Shown here: positions 48,568-59,693 of the stretch, piece by piece
Layout: each line of letters starts with the position of its first letter
Numbering within the stretch: position 1 is the first letter of the stretch
Assembly: GCA_963667175.2 (NCBI GenBank)
Contig: CAXXXF010000003.1
Location: forward strand, 224,001 to 288,000
From: Candidatus Latescibacterota bacterium
Lineage (GTDB): Bacteria; Latescibacterota; UBA2968; GCA-2709665
Direction of reading: 5' to 3'
DNA: 64,000 bases
Translations under genes and position numbers: made by a program
Notes under the pieces: model-generated
Told to the model about the DNA's origin: nothing
Seen by the model: only the letters and a program-made list of their open reading frames with translations
Database searches by the model: none

Positions 48568-51528
48568 ATGAACAGTCGAGGAAAAGTTGCCATCGGGTTG
48601 CTGATCGCGATGGGCGCGGTATTCGCGGGGGTTGGGTCCGTTTCCGCGCAGACCGCTGGGGACGCGGATTTTGACGACAGCGGCGAGGTGGGCTTTCAGG
48701 ACTTCCTGCTGTTTGCGGCGAAGTTCAATACCGCGAGGGGCGACGCCAATTACGACGCCAGGTTCGACCTGGACGACAGCGGCGCGGTGGGGTTTGCGGA
48801 TTTCCTCGCGTTCGCGCGGTTTTTCGGCGAGACTGTGCCCGTGCCTGCGCTGGCGCTGACCGGGATCGCGCCGTCGGAAGGGATGCCCGGAACGCTGATC
48901 GAGCTGGTGGGGCAATTTGACGCCAATACGGCGTATCAGGTGAAATTCGGCACGGTCTTGTTGCCGGTGTTCGCGCAAGACGCGGAGCGGATTACCGCCA
49001 TGGTGCCCGTGTTGGAAAGCGGGTCCGTGCCGGTGCTCGTGGTTGACCCGTCGGGCCGGGAATCTGATCCCATGTCGTTTGAGGTGCTGGCGCTCTCTGA
49101 ACCGCGGATGAACGTCGAGCAGTTGCAACAGACAGTGTCGGACGTCGGGGACGGCATCGGAAACGTGCTGGCGCCGGTGATTGACGCCGGTGTGTTTCCC
49201 AACGACGCGGACGCGGCGTTGTTCAACCAGGAAATGGATAAGCTGAACGCGGCGTGGGACATCCTCGGGCAGCGGATCGCGGCGCTGCCGCCGGAGGACG
49301 CGGCGCTGTTGACGCAACTTCTGGACAACAGCGGCGCGTTGGGGATTCTGGAGGGCCTGGGACAAATCGACTTAAGCGCGTCGAAGGTACCGGCGGAGAG
49401 CAGTTCGACGCATCAGATATTTTTTCGTGTGGATATCGTCAGTGCGCTCTTGGGCTATGCCGCCGACGTGACCATGGCATTGACGATAGCGAACGCGTTC
49501 TTCCCGGAACCGTTGTTCACGAAAGCCATGACCGCCGCACTGGGGGGGTTCAGCACGTTCATCGGTGTGGTGAAATCCGGAATTGACGCGGCCATACCAA
49601 CGGATTTGCAACGCGTCAGCAAAGTAGAGATAAATCCGACGCCGGTGCTGGTGGGGGGCGTATCCGACGTGGCGTTTTACGGGGAGTTCAAGACGGAGAG
49701 TAATTTGCTCGCTGAGCTGGGATCAGAGGGGGTTGGCAAGGGGATGGAAGAGATCGTGAAGGTCTTCATTCTCAGGAAGAAAGGCGAGAAGTTCCTGGAG
49801 GAGTTACAGGAGAACCCGGTGGTGTCCGACGCGGTCGACGAAATTGTCGGCTTTTTCTCGGGCATCCTCTCGAACGTCGGTTTTGGCGTGACGGGGTTGG
49901 AGAACCTCTTTAATAAAGTAGCGCTGCCGCGGGATGACGTGCGATTGGATATGTCGCTGTACCGTCTCAGCGCGCCAAGCATAATAAAGTGGCTAATACC
50001 GCCGTTCCCCGCCGAAGAGATTGACAAGATGTTGCGCGTTCTGGAAAGAGTCGGAATTGACGTGGTTTCCGAATCGGTGGAGGTCGTGGATCGTGACGAC
50101 GACGTGAATGAAGACGTGGCGGTGTATGATCCTGCAAAGGTTCAACTGACGGGAAAGACAGCGGGCGTGATGCGGCTGAAGATGCGGGCATTTCGGTTTG
50201 TGGAGCCGGGAGGCGAGTCGGGTGATGAGCCGGGAGAAGAAAACAGGAGTTTTTGGGGCCGTGTGTGGGATCGCGCGAAGCAAATCGCGGCAATTCCGTT
50301 GGACTTTCTGAAAAACCTTCATCCTATCTTTCGATTTTCCAATTCGATGGAGCGTCTGGATCCAGTGTACGTTGAATTTGCGGTGAAGGAGCCCGGGTCC
50401 GACGTCGAGGGACCCCTCGAGGTCGAGTCGATACGTAGACTGACCAACTTCAACAGTGGCAATGTCAAGGATTACCAATGGTCGCCGGACGGTCGTCATA
50501 TCGCATTCGATCTGGTTTTTTACGACGAACGCATCGAAAGAGACCGAGAGATCTACGTGGTTGGATTGGACGGGAGTAATCCTCGCAACCTGACCAACAG
50601 CGATTCCTTGGACACAGGTCTCGTTTGGTCTCCTGACAGCCGCCACATTGCCTTCTACTCCAACCGGGACGGCAATACGGAGATCTACCTGATAGGATCG
50701 GACGGGAGCGACCTGCGCAACCTGACCAACAATGACGCCCCGGACGGACATCCCTCGTGGTCGCCTGACGGGCGGCACATCGCCTTTACATCCAAACGCG
50801 ACGGCGACGGCGAGATCTACGTGATGCGTTCGGACGGGAGCAGGCTGCGCAACCTGAGGTACCTCCGCCTTAGCTCTGAATTCTCTCCCGTTTGGTCGCC
50901 GGACGGCCGGCACATCGCGTGCTCATCCTATCGCGACCGCAAACACGAGATCCGCGTGATAGGATCGGACGGGAGGAACCAGCGCAGATCGTCAAACAGC
51001 CACTACCCATTGTGGCCATTCTGGTCGCCGGACGGCAGTCATATCGCCTTCGAATTTTACAACGACCGCTCAAGAGATCGCGAGATTCGCATATTGAGAT
51101 TGGACCCGCACAAATGGGTCACAATGTACCAGTTTTCTAATTCGTTTATTCAACTCAGTTGGTCGCCGGACGGTAGTCATATCGCCTTCGTTAACAAAGC
51201 CACGAGAGGCAGCCGGGCGGGAACCTCTAGCATCAACGTAGCGAGATCGGACGGTAGCGGCAGGTTCAACCTGACAGAGAATGCTACCTCGAGAAACCAT
51301 TGGCCCGTCTGGTCGCCCGATGGCCGGCACATCGCATACGTCTCCCGAAGCGGTAGTTACTTTGCGATTCACATGATGAGGTCGGATGGGAGCGACCTGC
51401 GCAGACTGACCAGCTACGTTGCCTACGACCAGAGGCCCTCGTGGTCTCCTGATGGCCGGCACATCGCCTTCGGTTCCGAGCGCGACCGCGATCTCTACCT
51501 GATCACATTTAAGGGCGGCGGACAATAG
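48568..51528 (+). CDS. secreted dockerin-like/EF-hand + IPT/TIG-like + helical region + TolB/PD40 beta-propeller protein (array member 1)
   Basis: Signal peptide ...VSA|QT; paired ADFDDSGEVGFQDF / FDLDDSGAVGFADF loops; repeated WSPDG.HIA units. Confidence 0.8.
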   Translation: MNSRGKVAIGLLIAMGAVFAGVGSVSAQTAGDADFDDSGEVGFQDFLLFAAKFNTARGDANYDARFDLDDSGAVGFADFLAFARFFGETVPVPALALTGIAPSEGMPGTLIELVGQFDANTAYQVKFGTVLLPVFAQDAERITAMVPVLESGSVPVLVVDPSGRESDPMSFEVLALSEPRMNVEQLQQTVSDVGDGIGNVLAPVIDAGVFPNDADAALFNQEMDKLNAAWDILGQRIAALPPEDAALLTQLLDNSGALGILEGLGQIDLSASKVPAESSSTHQIFFRVDIVSALLGYAADVTMALTIANAFFPEPLFTKAMTAALGGFSTFIGVVKSGIDAAIPTDLQRVSKVEINPTPVLVGGVSDVAFYGEFKTESNLLAELGSEGVGKGMEEIVKVFILRKKGEKFLEELQENPVVSDAVDEIVGFFSGILSNVGFGVTGLENLFNKVALPRDDVRLDMSLYRLSAPSIIKWLIPPFPAEEIDKMLRVLERVGIDVVSESVEVVDRDDDVNEDVAVYDPAKVQLTGKTAGVMRLKMRAFRFVEPGGESGDEPGEENRSFWGRVWDRAKQIAAIPLDFLKNLHPIFRFSNSMERLDPVYVEFAVKEPGSDVEGPLEVESIRRLTNFNSGNVKDYQWSPDGRHIAFDLVFYDERIERDREIYVVGLDGSNPRNLTNSDSLDTGLVWSPDSRHIAFYSNRDGNTEIYLIGSDGSDLRNLTNNDAPDGHPSWSPDGRHIAFTSKRDGDGEIYVMRSDGSRLRNLRYLRLSSEFSPVWSPDGRHIACSSYRDRKHEIRVIGSDGRNQRRSSNSHYPLWPFWSPDGSHIAFEFYNDRSRDREIRILRLDPHKWVTMYQFSNSFIQLSWSPDGSHIAFVNKATRGSRAGTSSINVARSDGSGRFNLTENATSRNHWPVWSPDGRHIAYVSRSGSYFAIHMMRSDGSDLRRLTSYVAYDQRPSWSPDGRHIAFGSERDRDLYLITFKGGGQ

Positions 51529-51774
51529 CCGAGAAGCAGAAGGCAGCAATAAGCGGTCAGCATTCAGCCGTCAGCTTGAATCAAGAGTCAAACCTCCCAT
51601 CCGCCCCGCAGACCTCACCCCCCGGCCCCCTCTCCCAGAGGGAGAGGGGGAGCAGACAGCTTAAAGCAAAACCAGGACACCGCGAGCGGATCACCGTTCC
51701 CCCCTTCCCTCCGGGAAGGGGGATAGGGGGTAGGTCGCACGGAAACCGCTCCGCATACAAGAGGAGATCTCGCC

Positions 51775-54700
51775 ATGAACAGTAAAGGAAGATTTGTCAT
51801 CGGGTTGCTGATCGCGATGGGCGCGGTATTCGCGGGGGTTGGGTCCGTTTCCGCGCAGACCGCTGCGGACGCGGATTTCGACGACAGCGGCGAGGTGGGC
51901 TTTCAGGACTTCCTGCTGTTTGCGGCGAAGTTCAATACCGCGAGGGGCGACGCCAATTACGACGCCAGGTTCGACCTGGACGACAGCGGCGCGGTGGGGT
52001 TTGCGGATTTCCTCGCGTTCGCGGGTCTGTTCGGGCAGCCTGCGCCGCGAGGCAAGCCCCCGGTTGCGGACGCGGGAGCGTACCAGAGCGTGGACACGGG
52101 CGACGTGGTCACGCTCGACGGCTCGAACAGCAGCGACCCGGAAGGGCAGCCGCTGACCTTCGCGTGGCGTCAGATCGACGGGCCGCTCGTCGCGCTATCG
52201 GACGCAAGCGTTGCGCGTCCCACGTTTCGCACCGGCCAGGCCGGGCATTATACGTTCGAGCTTATCGTAAACAACGGCGCGGCTGAGAGCCTGCCCGATA
52301 CGGTTGCCGTCGACGCGGCGACGATCTCGGAGGCGGCGGTGTTTGCGGGCGGCCCCGACGCGTCGTTTACGTATAAGGAGACGTCGGGCGATCAGATGGT
52401 CTTTGCGGTGGGGTCGGGCGCGCCCGAGGTGCAGGTGGGCGCGGTGATGGTCAACACCGTGGATCCGTTCTTCCTGAAGAAGGTGACGCGCGTGGTCAGC
52501 CGGGATGCGGCCGAGCTGGTCGTCGAAACCGAAGACGCCGCACTCACCGACGTCGTGGAAGAGGCCTCGGTACGACAGACGCTCACGTTTCCGGATCCGG
52601 CGTCGAAGGTGGCCCTGATCGACCTTGTCAGCGACCCCAGGCAGGTGTGCACGGACGAGACGGAGGCGTTGTGCGCCACGGCTTCGAACATCAGCCTGTC
52701 TCCCAGAATCCATTTCGATATCAATATCGAGGACGGGGGCGTCGATAGCCTTGTCGTTGCGGCCGGGGTCGAGTTCAAGGCCGATTTCGAGTTCCAAATG
52801 GAAGCGGCCGCGGGCTTCAGCCGGGAGCGCGAAGTCGATCTGAAATTGGGTCCATTGGCAGAGAAGCTGAAGGGCGCCCTTAAGTTCGGTCAGAGTCTGT
52901 CCATCCCGGTAAACGTGACGCCCGAACTGGGCTTTGGTGTGAAAGGAAGCATCCAGGTGGCCGGCAAGTTCAAGGCCGGCGTTAACGTCAACAGAACCAT
53001 CAACGTGGGCATCAAGTACAAGGACGGCCAATTCCACAACTTCGGCACGGGGGACGACGGAGACGCGCAGGACGGGATCTCCCCTGAAATCGGCCTGTAC
53101 GGGAGCGTCAATCTGAGCGCCTACGCGTACGGGAGGCTCAACGTCGGGTTGGGCAAAGGCACCGGCAACTGGGAGGCCGGGGTGGGCGCAGTCAGTTTCG
53201 GACTGGTTCCGTACGTGGGATTTGACGCTGAAGCCAGCGCGACGTCCAGCCGGCGGCAACCGACCCTGGATTGGGCAATCAGCATGGGGGTCAACGCGGA
53301 AGTGAGTGTGAACGGCCCTTATGTCAGGTTTTTCAGCTTGTCACTCGAGACGTTTGCCAGAGATTGGGAATTTGCCCTGTTTCAGGTGACCCTCTCGAAT
53401 GGGAACGCGCCCGTGAGGACGGGACCGGTATTGGTGGACCTTAATCTGGAAGGCGTCACGTATCATGGCGGCGATTTATATGCGCTCTATGCGAAGGAAA
53501 ACGGCGGCAGGGTCTACGCGGAGCGACGGAACCCATGTGGTTCATGGGAATATCGGGAGCTGTTTGATCTTGCAACGGTGGAACATCTGACAGATCGAGA
53601 AAAGGAGCTGAACCGGCGTATCTTTTACGCGATGGGGATCGCCTCTGCCAGCCCCGGTCCGAGCACGAAGATCCTATACGTGGTTGGGCTGGACGACATG
53701 CCGGTCGGGGATGGCGTGAATAGCGTCCCGAGGCTGTATAAATACCAGAATCACAGGACGGAACAGGGATGGGAGGGATGGAAACAGGCTAACGTCTACC
53801 ATTTGTCCGAAGAAAATGGGTTCCCTGTGGGTATCGCCTACGATAACGAAGGGCACTTCTATGTCGTTGACCGCGAGACAAAAAAGGTCCACGTGTATTC
53901 GGAATCCGCAAAGGACGGCATGAACCTCACGTCGGTCAGGACCTTCGATCTGGACTCCGGGAATGGCATTCCGTACGGCATCGTGTACGGCGAAGACCGA
54001 ATCTACGTGGTGGATCGCGCCGGCGACAAGGTCTTTGCATACGCCCGTTCCGGCGAGCGCGTAACGGGCGCGGACTTCAGTCTGGATGACGACAACGGCG
54101 ATCCGTCCGGTATCGCGTATGCCAACGGCGGCTTCTACGTGGCGGATTCCGAAGACGGGATATTCTATGAATACGCGGGTACGGTGACAGTACTTTCAGT
54201 ACGCAGACTGACGAACAACGACGCCGGGGACAGTGGTCCCCAGTGGTCGCCTGACGGCCGGCAGATCGCCTTCAATACCGACCGCGACGACGGCAATTCT
54301 GAGATCTACGTGATGGAATCGGACGGGAGCGACCCGCGCAACCTGACCAACAATGACGCTTCGGACTTTCATCCCTCGTGGTCGCCTGACGGCCGTCAGA
54401 TCGCGTTCACCTCCTATCGCGACGGCGATTCTGAGATCTACGTGATGGGATCGGACGGGAGCGACCCGCGCAACCTGACCAACAACCACAGCGACGACGA
54501 CGAACCTTTTCCGGGGTGGTCTTCGGACGTTAATCCCTGGTGGTCTCCCGATGGCCGACAGATCGCCTTCAGATCCAGACGCACAGTTTTTGGCTATTAT
54601 GATCGCCGGCACCGGCCCTGGAATGTCTGGGTGATGGAATCGGACGGGAGCAACCCGCGCAGTATTTCCTATAACATTACACTGTGGGCCAACAGTTCAG

Positions 54701-55236
54701 GTTGGCCTTACCCCTGGTCGCCTGACGGCCGGCTTCTCGCGTTCACCGACAAAGACGACGAGCACGGCCATATCTACGTGACTGATTCGTATGGGAGCTT
54801 TCGCCGCGCACTGAACGGCGGCGCCTCCGTTCACGCCAGTAACTCTCATCCCTCGTGGTCGCCTGACGGCCGTTATATCGCCTTCCATTCCGACGATTGG
54901 GTGTACAGAGAAGGGGTGGAAATCTACGTGATTGGGCCGGATGGTCGCAACCCGTGCAACCTGACCAACAACAGCAGGAGGGCCTACGAACGCGATCCCT
55001 CGTGGTCGCCTGACGGCCGGTATATCGCGTTCACCTCCTATGGCGACGGCAACAGCGAGATCTACGTGATGGGATCGGACGGGAGCGACCCGCGCAACCT
55101 GACCAACAATGACGGTAATGACGGGTACCCCGTCTGGTCTCCCGATGGCCGGCGGATCGCGTTCATCTCCGATCGCGACGGCAACGTCGAGATCTACGTG
55201 ATCGATCTGCAGATCGTCAACGCAGGCGGGCAATAG
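51775..55236 (+). CDS. secreted dockerin-like + PKD-like + beta-rich + NHL-like + PD40 protein (array member 2)
   Basis: Same N-terminal ~88 aa; PVADAG..VTLDGSNSSDPEG..LTFAW.Q..GP (PKD-like); P.GI.Y....YVVD repeats; WSPDG repeats. Confidence 0.8.
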   Translation: MNSKGRFVIGLLIAMGAVFAGVGSVSAQTAADADFDDSGEVGFQDFLLFAAKFNTARGDANYDARFDLDDSGAVGFADFLAFAGLFGQPAPRGKPPVADAGAYQSVDTGDVVTLDGSNSSDPEGQPLTFAWRQIDGPLVALSDASVARPTFRTGQAGHYTFELIVNNGAAESLPDTVAVDAATISEAAVFAGGPDASFTYKETSGDQMVFAVGSGAPEVQVGAVMVNTVDPFFLKKVTRVVSRDAAELVVETEDAALTDVVEEASVRQTLTFPDPASKVALIDLVSDPRQVCTDETEALCATASNISLSPRIHFDINIEDGGVDSLVVAAGVEFKADFEFQMEAAAGFSREREVDLKLGPLAEKLKGALKFGQSLSIPVNVTPELGFGVKGSIQVAGKFKAGVNVNRTINVGIKYKDGQFHNFGTGDDGDAQDGISPEIGLYGSVNLSAYAYGRLNVGLGKGTGNWEAGVGAVSFGLVPYVGFDAEASATSSRRQPTLDWAISMGVNAEVSVNGPYVRFFSLSLETFARDWEFALFQVTLSNGNAPVRTGPVLVDLNLEGVTYHGGDLYALYAKENGGRVYAERRNPCGSWEYRELFDLATVEHLTDREKELNRRIFYAMGIASASPGPSTKILYVVGLDDMPVGDGVNSVPRLYKYQNHRTEQGWEGWKQANVYHLSEENGFPVGIAYDNEGHFYVVDRETKKVHVYSESAKDGMNLTSVRTFDLDSGNGIPYGIVYGEDRIYVVDRAGDKVFAYARSGERVTGADFSLDDDNGDPSGIAYANGGFYVADSEDGIFYEYAGTVTVLSVRRLTNNDAGDSGPQWSPDGRQIAFNTDRDDGNSEIYVMESDGSDPRNLTNNDASDFHPSWSPDGRQIAFTSYRDGDSEIYVMGSDGSDPRNLTNNHSDDDEPFPGWSSDVNPWWSPDGRQIAFRSRRTVFGYYDRRHRPWNVWVMESDGSNPRSISYNITLWANSSGWPYPWSPDGRLLAFTDKDDEHGHIYVTDSYGSFRRALNGGASVHASNSHPSWSPDGRYIAFHSDDWVYREGVEIYVIGPDGRNPCNLTNNSRRAYERDPSWSPDGRYIAFTSYGDGNSEIYVMGSDGSDPRNLTNNDGNDGYPVWSPDGRRIAFISDRDGNVEIYVIDLQIVNAGGQ

Positions 55237-55634
55237 CCGAGAAGCGGGGGGACCTTCATTCGGGGAAAGGCAGTGGCCGGTAGAGGCAGTGGACAGTGGT
55301 CAGCGAAAAGCAGCAATCAGCATTCAGCCGTCAGCTTGAAGCAAGAGCGAACCAATTGCACTAAGCGCCGGGACGTGGCAGGAATAAACGGAACGTGGCC
55401 CTCACCCCCCGGCCCCCTCTCAAAGGGGAAAGGCAGTGGTCAGTGGTTAGTGGCCAGAGAGAGGCGGTGAGGATATCGACTGTCACTCCCCCCTTGGGGG
55501 GGAGTCGGCAAGGCAAGGGCGCCAGCCCGAAGGCGCGCCGGAGGGGGGCGCTTTCGGGTCTACCCATGTAAATTCCGTTTTCCGAACACAGAGGTTGACG
55601 CAAGCCGCCCAGCATACACGAGGGAAATCTCGCC

Positions 55635-58600
55635 ATGAAAAACAAAAGAAAATTCGTCATCGGGTTGCTGATCGCGATGGGCGCGGTATTCGCGGGGGTT
55701 GGGTCTGTCTCCGCGCAGACCGCTGCGGACGCGGATTTCGACGACAGCGGCGAGGTGGGCTTTCAGGACTTCCTGCTGTTTGCGGCGAAGTTCAATACCG
55801 CGAGGGGCGACGCCAATTACGACGCCAGGTTCGACCTGGACGACAGCGGCGACGTGGGGTTTGCGGACTTCCTCACGTTCGCGCGGTTTTTCGGCGAGAC
55901 TGTGCCCGTGCCTGCGCTGGCGCTGACCGGGATCGCGCCGTCGGAAGGGATGCCCGGAACGCTGATCGAGCTTGTGGGGCAATTTGACGCCAATACGGCG
56001 TATCAGGTGAAATTCGGCACGTTCTTGTTGCCGGTGTTCGCGCAAGACGCGGAGCGGATTACCGCCATGGTGCCCGTGTTGGAAAGCGGGTCCGTGCCGG
56101 TGCTCGTGGTTGACCCGTCGGGCCGGGAGTCTGAGCCCACGTCGTTTGAGGTGCTGGCGCTCCCCGAGCCGCGGATGAACCCCGAGCAACTGCAACAGGC
56201 GGTGTCGGGGGTCGGGGACGGCATCGGGAACGTGCTGGCGCCGTTGACCGCGCCGGACAGTCTGTTCAGCGCGGCGGACGCGGCGATGATCAAGGATGAA
56301 ATGGGCAAGCTCAACGCGGCGTGGGGCATCCTGGGGCAGCGGATCGAGGCGCTGCCGCCGGAGGACGCGGCGCTGTTGACGCATCTTCTGGACAACAGCG
56401 GCGCGTTGGGGATTCTGGAGGGTCTGGGAACAATCGACCTGAGCGCGTCGAAGGCGGTGGAGCTGGGCGCCGCCTTCCGTCATCAGAAGTTGTTCCAGGC
56501 GGACGTGGTGAGCTTTCTGATGGGGAACGCCAGCGCCGCGACTTCAGCAGCCACGTTGATCGCGGCGGTGGTTCCTGGCGGGCAGGCCTTACTCCCGATT
56601 CTGGCGGCCATCGACGCCGTCAGCGGCGTGACGAAAACGGTCATCGACGCGATCTTTCCAACGGATCTGGAGAACCTCAGGGTCGAAATATCTCCGACGC
56701 CGGTGGCGGTGGAGGGCGCGTCCGACGTGTCGTATTACGGGGACTTTGTCACGGAGAGCGACGCCATACGCGCGCTGGGGGACAAACTGCTGGAGGGCGC
56801 CGTAGAGGAACTGTTGGACGAATTCCTCAAGATACCGAAGGTGTCCGAGAAGGCGGCGGAGGAAATCGTCGGTTTTGTCACCGGCATCCTTACTTCTGCG
56901 GGTATGAAGGGATTCGATTGGGCCCTGCGCGGCGCGACGATAAGCCCCGCGCTGAAGGACGTGCCATTGGATATGTCGGTGTATCGACTCAGCATATTCG
57001 ACGTTCTGCAGGTCGTACCGACGTTGCCGGGCAAGGAGACGGCGGACGCGATCGAGTATCTGCTGGGAAAGGCCGGGATCGACGTGACGTTCTTCGATCC
57101 GGTGGTGGTCGAGAACGAGGCGGTGGCGGCGTACGACAAGCTGAATGCTCGGCTGACGGGAAAGACGGCGGGGGCAACGCGGCTGACGGTGCGGGCGATA
57201 CGATTTGTGGAGTGGGACTCCTGGTGGAATTGGCTCGGTATCTGTGTGTGGGAGACGGTCGGGCCCGTGTATCAAAATATCAACGTCGGGACGACGTCAA
57301 CCAGCCCACCCTTTGATCTGGATAGCGACAACACTTGGCCGCATGGGATCACGTATGTCAACAACCGGTTCTACGTGGTTGATGATCGGCATGATAAGGT
57401 TTTCGCGTATACGGTTTCGGGGCAGCGTGACGCGGCTTCGGAGTTCGATCTGAATGACGAAAACGGGTCTCCGAAAGGTATCACGTATGCCAACAACCGT
57501 TTCTACGTGATTGATAGTTGGCCTGATGATAAGGTTTTTGCGTATACGGTTTCGGGGCAGCGTGACGCGGCTTCGGAGTTCGATCTGAATGACGAAAACG
57601 GGTCTCCGAAAGGTATCACGTATGCCGACAACCGGTTCTACGTGGTTGATAGTTGGCATGATAAGGTCTTTGCGTATACGGTTTCGGGGCAGCGTGACGC
57701 GGCTTCGGACTTCGATCTGGATAGCGGAAGGGCATATCCGCGAGGTATGACGCATGACAACGATCAACCCGCCGGTATCACCTACGCGAACAACCGGTTC
57801 TACGTGGTTGATGATTATGATGCTAAGGTCTATGTGTATACGGTTTCGGGGCAGCGTGACGTGGCTTCGGAGTTCGATCTGAATAGCGACAGCCGTACTC
57901 CGCATGGGATTACGTATGCCAACGATCGATTCTACGTCGTTGATTATTCCGTGGAAAGGATCTTCGTGTACAAACATTCAGGCCAGTATAGAGCGAGACC
58001 GGACCTGGTTGCGCAATCTTCGACCAGTGAGGGTCTATTGACGCCTGGCCAATCATTCACCCTCTCCGCGACTGTAGAGAACGTCGGGGACGCGCAAGCG
58101 TCTTCCACAATGCTGCGCTACTATTACTCCGACGATTGGTCTATTTCGCAGAACGACACGCTTCTGGGGTCGGCTGCAGTGGGCGTTCTGAATCCATCGG
58201 ACAGGAGCCTTGTCAACGTAACGTTAACCGCGCCATCGGCAGTAGGTACGTATTACTACCGGGTATACGCAGACGTGGTTGATGGGGAAGAAATAACGTA
58301 TAACAACCCTTCGGTGGCATCGGTTGTCTCCGTATCTTCGGAGACGCCTGCAACCACGGGTTTTTCTATCGCTACCAACGTTCATCCAACCAGCATCACG
58401 TATGCCAACGACCGATTTTACGTGGCTGATTTGCTTAAAAGAAAAATCTTCGCGTACATGAGTTCGGGCGAGCGTGATGAGGCTTCGGACTTCGGGGTCA
58501 ATGTTGCTTCGTATGGTATCACGTATGCCAATGACCGATTCTTTGTCGCCGGTCCCGACACCGTCTATGCGTACACGGTCTCCGGTCAGCGAGATGCGGC

Positions 58601-59693
58601 TTCGGATCTGCCTTTCGGCAGTAATCGTTTGACGGGTATCACGTATGCCAACGACCGATTTTACGTCGTACATGACTATTCCGATAAGGCCATTGCGTAT
58701 ACGAGTTTGGGTCAGCGAGACAGTCGTTCAGACTTCAGTTTGCAATACGATGGACCGGCGGGAATCACCTATGCCAACGGGCAGTTCTACGTGGCCAACA
58801 ATGATCTGGGCGGCGGTTGGCAAAAACTCGAGGTCCATGCGTATGGAAGTTCCGGCGGGCGTGCCGCGGCTTCAGATTTCGTTCCGAGATATGGCCCGTT
58901 CTTTGACACCTTTTCCGGAGGTATCACGTATGCCAACGATCGGTTTTACATTGTTTCAGCGGGCAAAGTTGACAAGCTCGGCGACGAGGTAGTCCGTGCG
59001 TATTCAAGCTCCGGTGGGCGTCATTCAGCTTCAGACTTCAGGTTGGAGTTAACTCTTCCGAATGGCATCGCCTATGGCAACAACCGATTCTACGTCGCTG
59101 ACGACTCGCGCAGGGTACTTGTGTACACGAATTCGGGGACGCGTGACGCCGCCTCGGACTTTCTCGTCCGCTATGGTAATCCAACTGGCATCACGTATGC
59201 CAACAATCGACTCTACGTCGTTCATCGCAATTCCAGTACGGTCAGCGTGTATACGCGTTCGGGGCAGCTGGAATCGGATTCAGGCTTCCGTCTGAGTTCC
59301 AACAACGACAAACCGGCCGGTATCACGTACGGCAACCACCGATTCTACGTCATTGATGATAATGATAATAATACTCGTACCTTTGTTTACACGAGATCGG
59401 GAGAGTATTTGGAGACCTTCGATACGGATCGCGCCCTCGAGCCGGGCGGCATCACCTACGTCAACGGCAAACTCTACGTCCCCGACACGTATACGACCTA
59501 CGTGTACACGGATTTGGGACTTCGTGATGCAGATTCGGAGTTCACGCATGGTTTTCAGTCGACTGGAATCGCGTATACGGATAACCGGTTGTTTGTCGTC
59601 GGTCTGTCCTATGGTAAAGTTAGTCCATCGCGCGGTTGGAGTGATATTGCATTTGGCGGCATCGTGAGGGCGTACACGCTTTCCGGGCAATAG
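55635..59693 (+). CDS. secreted dockerin-like + IPT/TIG-like + NHL-like repeats + CARDB-like Ig + NHL-like repeats (array member 3)
   Basis: Same N-terminus; many GITYANNRFYVVD repeats; PDLV...PGQSFTLSATVENVG (CARDB-like). Confidence 0.8.
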   Translation: MKNKRKFVIGLLIAMGAVFAGVGSVSAQTAADADFDDSGEVGFQDFLLFAAKFNTARGDANYDARFDLDDSGDVGFADFLTFARFFGETVPVPALALTGIAPSEGMPGTLIELVGQFDANTAYQVKFGTFLLPVFAQDAERITAMVPVLESGSVPVLVVDPSGRESEPTSFEVLALPEPRMNPEQLQQAVSGVGDGIGNVLAPLTAPDSLFSAADAAMIKDEMGKLNAAWGILGQRIEALPPEDAALLTHLLDNSGALGILEGLGTIDLSASKAVELGAAFRHQKLFQADVVSFLMGNASAATSAATLIAAVVPGGQALLPILAAIDAVSGVTKTVIDAIFPTDLENLRVEISPTPVAVEGASDVSYYGDFVTESDAIRALGDKLLEGAVEELLDEFLKIPKVSEKAAEEIVGFVTGILTSAGMKGFDWALRGATISPALKDVPLDMSVYRLSIFDVLQVVPTLPGKETADAIEYLLGKAGIDVTFFDPVVVENEAVAAYDKLNARLTGKTAGATRLTVRAIRFVEWDSWWNWLGICVWETVGPVYQNINVGTTSTSPPFDLDSDNTWPHGITYVNNRFYVVDDRHDKVFAYTVSGQRDAASEFDLNDENGSPKGITYANNRFYVIDSWPDDKVFAYTVSGQRDAASEFDLNDENGSPKGITYADNRFYVVDSWHDKVFAYTVSGQRDAASDFDLDSGRAYPRGMTHDNDQPAGITYANNRFYVVDDYDAKVYVYTVSGQRDVASEFDLNSDSRTPHGITYANDRFYVVDYSVERIFVYKHSGQYRARPDLVAQSSTSEGLLTPGQSFTLSATVENVGDAQASSTMLRYYYSDDWSISQNDTLLGSAAVGVLNPSDRSLVNVTLTAPSAVGTYYYRVYADVVDGEEITYNNPSVASVVSVSSETPATTGFSIATNVHPTSITYANDRFYVADLLKRKIFAYMSSGERDEASDFGVNVASYGITYANDRFFVAGPDTVYAYTVSGQRDAASDLPFGSNRLTGITYANDRFYVVHDYSDKAIAYTSLGQRDSRSDFSLQYDGPAGITYANGQFYVANNDLGGGWQKLEVHAYGSSGGRAAASDFVPRYGPFFDTFSGGITYANDRFYIVSAGKVDKLGDEVVRAYSSSGGRHSASDFRLELTLPNGIAYGNNRFYVADDSRRVLVYTNSGTRDAASDFLVRYGNPTGITYANNRLYVVHRNSSTVSVYTRSGQLESDSGFRLSSNNDKPAGITYGNHRFYVIDDNDNNTRTFVYTRSGEYLETFDTDRALEPGGITYVNGKLYVPDTYTTYVYTDLGLRDADSEFTHGFQSTGIAYTDNRLFVVGLSYGKVSPSRGWSDIAFGGIVRAYTLSGQ

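Noticed and set aside
57300-57900. CRISPR-like repeat-spacer array (also 62127-62900 and 4428-4480)
   Set aside because: The repeats are in-frame protein-coding units or REP halves. There are no unique spacers of constant length and no cas genes.
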